DNA of 64,000 nucleotides from Candidatus Micrarchaeota archaeon (GCA_043822385.1 JBDRBT010000014.1:164-64163); one strand, 5' to 3'; numbered from the stretch's first letter, positions 36,798 through 45,227 are shown. Made by a program: numbers and translations. The notes: a model not told the origin generated them from the letters alone.

Positions 36798-37561
36798 GCA
36801 CATTGATCACTACCCTTGTTTTTGACGTGGACGGCATTTTACGAAATTCAGGACCAGCAATACACTATTTCCTCAACGAAACACTCAAAAAAGAAGTTGG
36901 GTGGGAAATTCCTTTCGGAGAAAAAGAGCACTTAGCAATTAGGGGTAACTGGAAAGAATTCTCCAACATAAAAACTACGCTTCCAGTAGTATTTGCTGTA
37001 AAAAAAACAGGTTTAAATGTAAAAAAAATTCTTGAGGCCAAGAATGCTAAAGAAACGTTAATGCAAATATACAAAGAAAACCCAACAGACGAAAAAACTA
37101 TTGAAACCCTTTACCAGGTTTTCATGAAACAATATACTAGCTTAGATAACGCATCGCTAAAAGCAGTAAACCCAATTCCAGACTGTTTTAAAGCGGTGCA
37201 ACAATTAGCAAAAAAATACAAACTAGCTTGTTTTTCAGACAGCAGTTCCAAACTCCATGAAGCTTGGCTAACTTATTGGAACGCCAAGCACTTTTTTCAA
37301 GCGAACATAGGGATCGAAGAAAGCAAAGCTAAAAAACCAGACCCAAAAGGGCTTGAACTAGTTAGCGCCGAGCTGAAAACTAAACCTGGAGAAATGGCTT
37401 ATATCGGCGATAGCACGATAGATATTGAAACTGCACGAGCGTTTGGTTGTAAAAGCATCGCGATCAGTACGGGTTTTGCAAAAAAAAGCGAATTATTAAA
37501 AAACAAGCCAAATTTCTTTTACGAAAACTTGCAAGAATTAGTTAACGCTAATCTCGGGTAA
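36794..37561 (+). CDS. HAD-superfamily protein 3 (canonical DxDG)
   Basis: Motif I LVFDVDGIL, motif II LACFSDSS, motif III KAKKPDP, motif IV AYIGDSTIDIETARAFG. GTGA overlap with the upstream gene. Confidence 0.75.
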   Translation: MSTLITTLVFDVDGILRNSGPAIHYFLNETLKKEVGWEIPFGEKEHLAIRGNWKEFSNIKTTLPVVFAVKKTGLNVKKILEAKNAKETLMQIYKENPTDEKTIETLYQVFMKQYTSLDNASLKAVNPIPDCFKAVQQLAKKYKLACFSDSSSKLHEAWLTYWNAKHFFQANIGIEESKAKKPDPKGLELVSAELKTKPGEMAYIGDSTIDIETARAFGCKSIAISTGFAKKSELLKNKPNFFYENLQELVNANLG

Positions 37562-38363
37562 TAGTCGTTCCCATCACTTTTTTACCAAGCAAGGCGTCTT
37601 CAAAACGGCCTGGCGCGTCGCCGTTAATTATTTGCACTTCAACACCCATTTGCGCTACGTCAATCAAGCGCTCGAGCTTGTGAAGCATTCCGCCAGTAAC
37701 GTCTTTGCCTGCAGCGCCCTTTACGTTGTATTTCATTTCCTGAAAACGAGCGCGGTTCAATACAGCGATAGGCGCCTCGCCTTTAGCTGGAGGAAAGTTT
37801 TCGAACACGCCGTCAACATTACCAACCATTATTACGCGAGCAGGCTTCAATTCCTTGCTTAAGTAAAACAAGATTTCGTCAGCAGAAATAATCGAGCAAC
37901 CCTGTTTCTCGTCGAGAACAGCGTCGCCGAAAGGAACAGGCACGAAACCCTCCTTCAAAAAGAGTTTTAACGCACTCAAATCCCAGTTCACAATCCTGCT
38001 GTCGCGAGCAATTACGCCCGCAGAAGTTTGTAACGAAACCGCGTGCAAGCCAGCTTTCAACAAATTATCAATAACAATCCGGTTTATTGTGCTCGCGGCA
38101 TCCTGCACTTTAGCAAAACCAAGCTTGCTGTCCGGCTGAATAAACCCTTTATGTGTTTCAAACTCGTGAGCATGTTGGTGAGGAAAAGAACCACCGCCAT
38201 GCGCTAAAACTAATTGCCCGGGATTTTTCTTGGTGAATGCAAGCGCTTCCTTGCCTAAACGCGCTATAGTTCCGGGTTTTGCAGTAAACGCCATAGCCTT
38301 GTCGGTAATAACGCTTCCACCAAATTTAACCAAAACCAAGTTCTTCAAAAAATACACACTCAA
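37548..38363 (-). CDS. ipk: isopentenyl phosphate kinase
   Basis: Amino-acid-kinase fold. LVKFGGSVITDK, LAHGGGSFPHQHA, VTGGMLHKL. 271 aa. Convergent 14-nt overlap with HAD-3. Confidence 0.85.
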   Translation of the reverse strand: MSVYFLKNLVLVKFGGSVITDKAMAFTAKPGTIARLGKEALAFTKKNPGQLVLAHGGGSFPHQHAHEFETHKGFIQPDSKLGFAKVQDAASTINRIVIDNLLKAGLHAVSLQTSAGVIARDSRIVNWDLSALKLFLKEGFVPVPFGDAVLDEKQGCSIISADEILFYLSKELKPARVIMVGNVDGVFENFPPAKGEAPIAVLNRARFQEMKYNVKGAAGKDVTGGMLHKLERLIDVAQMGVEVQIINGDAPGRFEDALLGKKVMGTTITRD

Positions 38364-38437
38364 TAGTCAATATGTTCCTCACTACTTAAAAATACAAAGG
38401 CGTACATTATTATTATTAGAAAACCTGTGACAAAAAA

Positions 38438-39850
38438 ATGAAAACGCCTTTTCTCAAAATTAAACCAAATTCTCTCGAAAGCGTTGTTTTCAAAGTAATG
38501 GGCACAACTGATTTCGAAACGCCCTTAGACCACACTACAGTTCACCCTAAGGTTTGGCGCGTAATCAACAACAACCGGCCCGAAGGAATACACAAACACG
38601 GCGCTAATCCACCAGGTAGAATGAATCACAATATTCTAAAACTACCTGTAGACGTTTTTGAAGGAAAAAGAAAAAACGAGTTAGATTTAATAAAAAAAAC
38701 AATCAAAAAAACTAAAGAAGTTAAAGAATACTTGGAAATAAACCCCGAAGAAAAAAAGAGCTTAAACCGAGTTATTAACCACGCTATTTTCCTTCACACA
38801 CTAAAATCACCTTATTACTGGAGGACGTCACTTACCGCTGACCCCAAGTACCATAAATCGATTTACACTGAAGCTCAAAACATTCCGGCGGAAATGAACC
38901 GACACAATGCCCGCGAGCTAGCGAAGTTCGCTCACGAAAAACTAAGTGCGGGGCAAAAAGAATTCATATTTATGGATACGGGAACTGGTTTGGGCACTAC
39001 AACTCGTTTTGTTCTGGAAGAAATTCAAAAAATAAATCCAGACCACTTGAAGAAAATCACAGTAGTACTTAACGACATTGATAAAAAAACCTTAACGCAA
39101 GTAGGGGACAAATTAAAACAAGATTTCGGAGTCAAATTAGAACTACTTCCTTCAACTTTCTATGTTGCAATTCAAGCATTAAAAACAAAAGGAATGAAAG
39201 AAGCGTGGAGAATGGCGGATGAAGAAGTTTACGAAAAAATGCAGAAACTAAAAGGAAGACTAGATGCGTATACGTCCTTTGCTTCCTGGAACAACTTACC
39301 TCACTCGGAAATAGCTTTCAAAACAGTTAAAGCACTATTGAAAAAAGGGGGTAAAGCGTTTTTGGGTGATTGGGGGGGCTATGACATTACTCAAAAAGAA
39401 TTCACTCAAAACGAACTAGACCGAAAAATAAACGCAGAAGGAAACGTTACAGTACGAAAAAATATCAAGGGCTTCTGGTGGTTTTGGCTTCACCACCACG
39501 GCTGCATTGATTTGAATACGAACCAACAAAAATGGTGGCGCAAACTAGAACGCCACATAGACACTGCAGACAAAGTAAATGTTTTAAACTGGTTCAACTC
39601 AAACTACAAAAAAATGGAGGCAGAACGAAAAAAACGCGGGAGAAAATACACTTTCTTTGGTTACGCTAACCGAGCTTACCGCACTCCAGAAATGGTTCGA
39701 AACGCAGCAGTAAAAGCAGGTTTGAAAGTAAAGTATGTTGGTTATCCGCTAGCAAACAAGAAAACAACTGAAAACGGCAGCATCACGTACGAACCGCACA
39801 ATCCTCGCTTTGTCACTTGGCACGCGATACTTGAAAAAAGGTCAGGTTAA
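38438..39850 (+). CDS. orphan protein with class I SAM-methyltransferase-like core
   Basis: 470 aa. FIFMDTGTGLGTTTRFVLEEI resembles SAM-binding motif I, and VVLNDID resembles motif II. Long unique N- and C-terminal regions. Confidence 0.45.
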   Translation: MKTPFLKIKPNSLESVVFKVMGTTDFETPLDHTTVHPKVWRVINNNRPEGIHKHGANPPGRMNHNILKLPVDVFEGKRKNELDLIKKTIKKTKEVKEYLEINPEEKKSLNRVINHAIFLHTLKSPYYWRTSLTADPKYHKSIYTEAQNIPAEMNRHNARELAKFAHEKLSAGQKEFIFMDTGTGLGTTTRFVLEEIQKINPDHLKKITVVLNDIDKKTLTQVGDKLKQDFGVKLELLPSTFYVAIQALKTKGMKEAWRMADEEVYEKMQKLKGRLDAYTSFASWNNLPHSEIAFKTVKALLKKGGKAFLGDWGGYDITQKEFTQNELDRKINAEGNVTVRKNIKGFWWFWLHHHGCIDLNTNQQKWWRKLERHIDTADKVNVLNWFNSNYKKMEAERKKRGRKYTFFGYANRAYRTPEMVRNAAVKAGLKVKYVGYPLANKKTTENGSITYEPHNPRFVTWHAILEKRSG

Positions 39851-39888
39851 CCACAATCATAATAAACAAAAAAGAAATAAAACACGTA

Positions 39889-40446
39889 ATGAAATTAGGC
39901 TTGGTTTTGGCGGCAGACACTATTGTTGCAGACAAAAAACGAAAGGAAGTCGCTGACGTCGAAACAGCGCTATCAAACAAACTACAAGAAATACGAAACA
40001 ACAACTCAGTGACAAAACGCTTAGCGCTCGAACGAGTAGCTAAAATGAAGGCAAACAACGAAATCACGAAAATAAAGAAAAAGAAAATACAGAACCCTGA
40101 AAAAGGATTCATTCAAGCTGCTTATGCCCGGCTGGAAAAAGCACTTGAATTATACGAAAACAAAAAAATAGACAAGATAATAGTTACTTGCGACCACCCC
40201 ATAGGCTTCCCTCACGAGGGGCCCAGAATGCATGAAATCAGTGCTGCGTGGTTAAGGAAAAACGGCGTGCCTGAAAAAGACGTTCTGCGCGTAACTAACT
40301 CGCGGTGGACACTTGAAGAAATAGCCGGAATGAAACAACACATAAACGAACAAAAACCGGAAGAAGTGCACGTGATTACTTCTGATTTTCACGTTGAGCG
40401 AGCGCTAGAGTCATTCAAGCAAGCATTCCGCGAGTCAAAACAATAG
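39889..40446 (+). CDS. DUF218 (YdcF/SanA-like) domain protein, possibly 3'-truncated by frameshift
   Basis: KIIVTCDHP..., EISAAWLRKNGVPEKDVL, SRWTLEEIAGM, VHVITSDFHVERA fit DUF218. An alternative frame continues for 31 more codons after an A-run. Confidence 0.55.
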   Translation: MKLGLVLAADTIVADKKRKEVADVETALSNKLQEIRNNNSVTKRLALERVAKMKANNEITKIKKKKIQNPEKGFIQAAYARLEKALELYENKKIDKIIVTCDHPIGFPHEGPRMHEISAAWLRKNGVPEKDVLRVTNSRWTLEEIAGMKQHINEQKPEEVHVITSDFHVERALESFKQAFRESKQ

Positions 40447-40534
40447 GACATGCAGTAAAAACAATAGAAGACAAAGGTTTGCCGGGAGAAGAAAAACGAG
40501 TACTCAGAGATACAAGAAACGCCAGAAAAATACG

Positions 40535-40984
40535 CTAGTCTTCAAAGCCTTTTTCGCGCAAGTGGTTAACGTAATTCCTCCAGCTGGACTCAATTAGTTT
40601 CTTGTCGTCTTGAGTGCAATCGCGAAGTTTTTTCGCAGGCACGCCAGCCCACAAACCCTCAACCACACTACCAGGGATTACAACAGAACCAGCAGCAATA
40701 ATACTCCAATCCTTCACTACCGCCCCGTCAAGAACGGTTGCATTAAGTCCTATCAAAACATTAGAACCAATCTTGCAACCATGCAATACTGCCGCATGGC
40801 CAACAGTCACGTTATTACCAACGCTAACCTCCGCATGCAAAACGCAGAACTCTTGCACATTAACGTTATTGCCAATACTAATAGAGCCCTCGTCGTCATT
40901 CAAAACACAGAAAGGAGCAGCATAAAAATTCTTTCCAAAGGAAACAGACTCACCTAAAACTGCTTTATCGCTAACGAAACTCAT
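40535..40984 (-). CDS. gamma-carbonic-anhydrase-like / hexapeptide-repeat (LbH) protein
   Basis: Hexapeptide repeats: IGNNVNVQEFCVLHAEVSVGNNVTVGHAAVLHGCKIGSNVLIGLNATVLDGAVV, followed by GVPAKKLR. The start is set at internal ATG 40984 (MSFVSDK). Confidence 0.8.
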   Translation of the reverse strand: MSFVSDKAVLGESVSFGKNFYAAPFCVLNDDEGSISIGNNVNVQEFCVLHAEVSVGNNVTVGHAAVLHGCKIGSNVLIGLNATVLDGAVVKDWSIIAAGSVVIPGSVVEGLWAGVPAKKLRDCTQDDKKLIESSWRNYVNHLREKGFED

Positions 40985-41085
40985 AACTAAAAAAATACAA
41001 TAAAGAAATATTAAACCCAACCAGCTCCTTAAAAAAGCCATTAAATTAATATACATTAAAAATAAATGAATTTAATGGTGAAAGA

Positions 41086-41346
41086 ATGAACATAAGCATG
41101 CATTTCGAGGGGTATTCAGAAAAAATAATTGCGGAAGCATTAAAACAAGGCATTGTAAAAACCAAAGCAGAAGCACTTAGGTTAGGCTTACTAGAATTAA
41201 ACCAAAAATACGGCTTAGTCGCCACTAATTTAGAAGAGTTAGAACTTCAACAAGACTTAAAAGAAATCGACAGAATCGAAAAAGCAATTAAAACCGGCAA
41301 AACTAAGCTTTACAAAGCAAAGAGCCTTGATGAAATATTCAGGTAA
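41086..41346 (+). CDS. putative antitoxin
   Basis: 86-aa ORF ending 5 nt before the RelE/ParE-like toxin gene. The size and position are typical of a type II antitoxin. Confidence 0.5.
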   Translation: MNISMHFEGYSEKIIAEALKQGIVKTKAEALRLGLLELNQKYGLVATNLEELELQQDLKEIDRIEKAIKTGKTKLYKAKSLDEIFR

Positions 41347-41351
41347 AAGCA

Positions 41352-41600
41352 ATGGAATACCAACTAGCTTACACCGATGAATTTAAAAAAGACGTGAAAA
41401 AACTAGACGCGTCAATGAAACCACGCGTAAAAAAAGCAATAGAAAAAATAATTCAAGAACCAACTCGATTTAAACCCTTAGAACACAAGGCAAATACTTT
41501 TAGAGTAAGATTCAGCGTATACCGTTTAATTTACAAAGTAGAAAAAAACACAATACTATTATTACGTTTGGGAAAAAGAGATGACGTCTACGACGACTAA
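41352..41600 (+). CDS. RelE/ParE-family type II toxin
   Basis: 82 aa. FKKDVKKLDASMKPRVKKAIEKI...FRVRFSVYRLIYKVEKNTILLLRLGKRDDVY is the typical RelE/ParE pattern. Confidence 0.7.
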   Translation: MEYQLAYTDEFKKDVKKLDASMKPRVKKAIEKIIQEPTRFKPLEHKANTFRVRFSVYRLIYKVEKNTILLLRLGKRDDVYDD

Positions 41601-41637
41601 CATTAGTTTTTAATCACTAAAGTAATATTTATTTAAC

Positions 41638-42645
41638 ATGAGTCAGATAAAAAAGCGGAAAGAAGAACACGTTGAAATAACACTCAAGAAAGACGTGGAC
41701 TACAAACTAAAACGCACTGGCTTTAATGACGTAGAATTATTGTATTACGCGTTGCCTGAAATTAATTACAAGGAAGTAAGCACGCAAACCAACTTTTTAG
41801 GATTCAAGCTGAAAGCACCACTATTAATTTCTTCAATGACTGGAGGCTATGAAAAAGCAACGAAAATAAATCGCGATTTAGTTACTGCAGCGCAAGAAGA
41901 AGGAGTAATGGTTGGTTTGGGAAGCATGCGCGCAATGCTCAAGCACCCTGAGCTCTGGAAAACGTATTATTTCAAGAAGGAAGCGCCTAAAGCAATTGTT
42001 TTCGCTAACTTCGGCGCAGTGCAATTACTAGAGTATTCGCCAAAGCAAGTTAGTGACGCAGTCAAGAAAATCGAGGCAGATGGTTGCTTTATTCACTTGA
42101 ATGCGTTGCAGGAAGTAATCCAGCCAGAAGGAGACAAAAACTGGCGCAACGTCCTTCAGAAAATAAGCAAGTTGTGCGACCATTCCGACTTCCCGATAAT
42201 AATTAAAGAAGTAGGAGCAGGAATAAACGGGGAAATAGCGCGAGAACTCCAAGAAGCGGGAGTAAAAGCAATTGACGTTGCTGGAGCAGGAGGCACTAGT
42301 TGGACTGGCATTGAAGTACACAGGAACGGTGCTCCGGAAGGAAGTTATTACTGGGACTTCGGCATTCCAACTCTAAGTGCGTTAAGACAATGCAAGAAAA
42401 CATGCTCGCTTCCATTAATAGCATCAGGCGGAATTCGAAGCGGACTAGATTGCGCTAAAGCAATTCGATTCGGCGCTGAATTATGCGGTGCAGCTAAACC
42501 CTTCTTGAAAGCGCAAGCCAAAAAAGGAAAAAAAGGAGTAGTGGAAGAAATTCAGTCATTCAAACGCGGTTTGGAAATAGCAATGTTCTTAACTAGAAGC
42601 AAAAACCTAGACCAATTACAAAGAGCTAAACTATTAACAGACTAA
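41638..42645 (+). CDS. fni: isopentenyl-diphosphate delta-isomerase, type 2 (FMN-dependent)
   Basis: KRKEEHVEI, LLISSMTGG, IIKEVGAGI, DVAGAGGTSW, ASGGIRSGLD. 335 aa. Confidence 0.9.
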   Translation: MSQIKKRKEEHVEITLKKDVDYKLKRTGFNDVELLYYALPEINYKEVSTQTNFLGFKLKAPLLISSMTGGYEKATKINRDLVTAAQEEGVMVGLGSMRAMLKHPELWKTYYFKKEAPKAIVFANFGAVQLLEYSPKQVSDAVKKIEADGCFIHLNALQEVIQPEGDKNWRNVLQKISKLCDHSDFPIIIKEVGAGINGEIARELQEAGVKAIDVAGAGGTSWTGIEVHRNGAPEGSYYWDFGIPTLSALRQCKKTCSLPLIASGGIRSGLDCAKAIRFGAELCGAAKPFLKAQAKKGKKGVVEEIQSFKRGLEIAMFLTRSKNLDQLQRAKLLTD

Positions 42646-42687
42646 AGAAAAACAATTAAACTATTCGCAAGCATTACAATACTACTT

Positions 42688-44379
42688 ATGAATCTGGAAG
42701 AAACAATACGAAAACACGTTTTAAAAAACGCGTTCGATTACGGTAAAGCGAGCGCGAGCAATGTTGCGGGTAAAGTAATTGCTGAAAACCCTGAAGCCAA
42801 GAAAGACTTGAAGGAAACAATGCGTTTGATTCAAAAAGAAATAAAACGCGTTTCAACTCTAAGCAAGCAAGAAATAGAAAAAGAACTAGAAACTCATTCT
42901 TTTGAAGAAAAAAAAGTAGTGGAAAAAAAACTCAAGTTAGACGATTGTATTGAAGGAAAAGTAGTTACTCGTTTCCTGCCTGAACCAAATGGTTACTTGC
43001 ACTTGGGTCACGCTAAAGCCTTTTTCTTAAACAACCAGCTCGCGAAAGACTGGAACGGCAGAATACTATTGCGTTTTGATGACACTAACCCTGAAGCTGA
43101 ATCGCAAGAATTCGTTGAAGCTATTCGCGAAGGCTTAGAGTGGTTGGGTGCTGAATTTCAAGGCGAGAGTTTTGCTTCAGACTCCATGCCCGAGTTATAC
43201 GCTTACGCGGGAAAACTAATTGAAAAAGAAAGCGCTTTCATTTGCAATTGCTCGAAGGAAACAATGAGCGAGAAAAGAAGAAAACAAGAAACTTGCGCAT
43301 GCAGGAAAAAAACAAAACAAGAAAACCAAGCAGAATGGAAAAAAATGGTTGAAGGCGAGTTAGAGGAAGGCGAAGCAACACTTCGTTTGAAAGGCGACTT
43401 GACTTCGTTGAATACAGTAATGCGTGACCCCGTGTTATTCAGAATAATAAAAAAGAAGCATTACCGACAAGGAGAAAAATATTCTTGCTGGCCTACTTAC
43501 GATTTTGAAGCATGCATTCTAGACTCATTGACGGGAGTAACGCACGCTTTACGCAGCAAGGAATACGAACTCCGAGACGAATTATACTACAAAATTTTAG
43601 AAGAATTAGGGTTACGCAAACCAGTTTTATACGATTTTTCACGATTAAACCTTAAGGGAACTGTTTTGAGTAAAAGGCTAATCAAACCGTTAATTGAGGA
43701 AAAGAAAGTATGGGGCTGGGACGACCCTCGCTTACCCACGTTATTCGGCTTGCGAAGGCGCGGCATTCAGCCTGAAGCTATTCGCAAGTTTGTTTTGAGC
43801 TTTGGGTTAAGTAAAGTAGAAAGCGAGCCAGATTGGGAAGCATTACTAGTTGAAAACAGACGGCTTCTTGAAGGGGAAGCAGAACACTATTTCGCGGTTG
43901 AAAACCCGGTTAGAGTAACAATCAAAAACACGCCAGCATCAAGCGGTTTACGCTTGAAGAAACACCCTTTGCTAGACAAGGGAACTAGATTCATTAAAGT
44001 AAAAAGCGAGGTATTCATAGCTAAAAAAGATTTCGACGAATTAAAAGAAGGCAGTGAATTCAGGTTGAAAGACTACTTGAACTGCATAATTCAAGAAAAA
44101 AAGAAGGATTCAGCTTTACTAAAATACTCGGGAAAAGAAGCAAACCCAGGAATAAAAAAAATACAATGGGTTTCAACAGAAGGCGCTATTTCATGCGAAT
44201 TAATTGAATTAAATAACTTGTTTGAAAACAACGAATTCAATACGCGTAGTTTAACGTCAAGGAAAGCATTCTGCGAAAAAGAATGCGTTAACTTGCAGGA
44301 AAACGCAGTAATTCAATTCGAGAGAATTGGCTTCTGCAAGCTAGACGACAAAAACAAAATGCGGTTTATAATAATCTAG
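42688..44379 (+). CDS. gltX: glutamyl-tRNA synthetase (GlxRS family)
   Basis: Class I HIGH region RFLPEPNGYLHLGHAKA, LRFDDTNPE, and a KMSKS-like VLSKRL. The 563-aa size and the roughly 95-aa N-terminal helical domain fit archaeal GluRS architecture. Confidence 0.85.
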   Translation: MNLEETIRKHVLKNAFDYGKASASNVAGKVIAENPEAKKDLKETMRLIQKEIKRVSTLSKQEIEKELETHSFEEKKVVEKKLKLDDCIEGKVVTRFLPEPNGYLHLGHAKAFFLNNQLAKDWNGRILLRFDDTNPEAESQEFVEAIREGLEWLGAEFQGESFASDSMPELYAYAGKLIEKESAFICNCSKETMSEKRRKQETCACRKKTKQENQAEWKKMVEGELEEGEATLRLKGDLTSLNTVMRDPVLFRIIKKKHYRQGEKYSCWPTYDFEACILDSLTGVTHALRSKEYELRDELYYKILEELGLRKPVLYDFSRLNLKGTVLSKRLIKPLIEEKKVWGWDDPRLPTLFGLRRRGIQPEAIRKFVLSFGLSKVESEPDWEALLVENRRLLEGEAEHYFAVENPVRVTIKNTPASSGLRLKKHPLLDKGTRFIKVKSEVFIAKKDFDELKEGSEFRLKDYLNCIIQEKKKDSALLKYSGKEANPGIKKIQWVSTEGAISCELIELNNLFENNEFNTRSLTSRKAFCEKECVNLQENAVIQFERIGFCKLDDKNKMRFIII

Positions 44380-44615
44380 CGTCTTTTTTTCCTAGCCGGG
44401 CGAGCAACTGGCTTAGCGCTCAAAGCACGATTTACAGCTGGACTCTGCAGCAACAAAGCACCCATTAAGAAAATAGTCCACCACAAGCCCATTTCATACA
44501 AATTCATTGTGGGTTGAATACCGTTAACGAAATTAATTAGATTCACTAACTGCGTTCCCACTAAAAACGCGCCCATAGTGAACACCATTACCTTAGCAAA
44601 AATTTCTCCTCTCAA
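44376..44615 (-). CDS. small two-TM membrane protein with basic tail
   Basis: 79-aa ORF with hydrophobic helices and a C-terminal ARPARKKRR. Confidence 0.4.
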   Translation of the reverse strand: MRGEIFAKVMVFTMGAFLVGTQLVNLINFVNGIQPTMNLYEMGLWWTIFLMGALLLQSPAVNRALSAKPVARPARKKRR

Positions 44616-44778
44616 AAAAATCTCCTCCCAACTATTGAAAAATCAAAAAACATTACTCACTTGGTTTTTAAATTAATGCGCTTGCAAACTCTTTTAAACG
44701 CTTTCTCGCATTAACTATTCTTACTCTTTTTTTAAGAATTCAATGAACTATTGGGATAAAACCCGGAATGGTGAGAAA

Positions 44779-45222
44779 ATGAAAGCATATATTGAAAAGG
44801 AAACGCCTAAAGACGTGCAACAAAAAGCACTAGAATTACTCGAGAAAGCAAGACAAAGCGGCGGAAGGCTTCGCAAGGGAACTAATGAAGCAACTAAAGC
44901 AATAGAAAGAAGCGAAGCACGCGTAGTAGTAATAGCAGGAGACGTAGATCCTGAAGAAATAGTAATGCACTTACCTATACTAAGCAAAGAAAAAGGAATT
45001 TCTTTTTGTTTTGTTGACACTAAAATAGAATTAGGGAAAGCTGCAGGGTTAGGTGTTGGAACTTCAGCAGTAGCTTTAGGTTCACCTGGTTCTGCTGAAA
45101 ACGAGTTGAAGGAATTAATTGAAAAACTAGGTGGACAAAAATTAATGCCTGCAGCAAAACCTGCTGTAAAAGCAATTAAACCCAAGAAAACTACTACTAA
45201 AAAGAAAAAGGAAGAAGAGTGA
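44779..45222 (+). CDS. rpl7ae: 50S ribosomal protein L7Ae with Lys-rich C-terminal extension
   Basis: LRKGTNEATKAIERSEARVVVIAGDVDPEEIVMHLP. ATG 44779 is preceded by GGTGA. Extra tail ...KPAVKAIKPKKTTTKKKKEEE. Confidence 0.9.
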   Translation: MKAYIEKETPKDVQQKALELLEKARQSGGRLRKGTNEATKAIERSEARVVVIAGDVDPEEIVMHLPILSKEKGISFCFVDTKIELGKAAGLGVGTSAVALGSPGSAENELKELIEKLGGQKLMPAAKPAVKAIKPKKTTTKKKKEEE

Positions 45223-45227
45223 ATTAA

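Noticed and set aside
44674-44713. Inverted repeat TAATGCG...CGCATTA upstream of the L7Ae gene, considered as an L7Ae-binding K-turn autoregulatory element
   Set aside because: The 26-nt loop is AT-rich and I could not find the tandem G-A/A-G pairs or 3-nt bulge of a K-turn. It may be only promoter-region symmetry.
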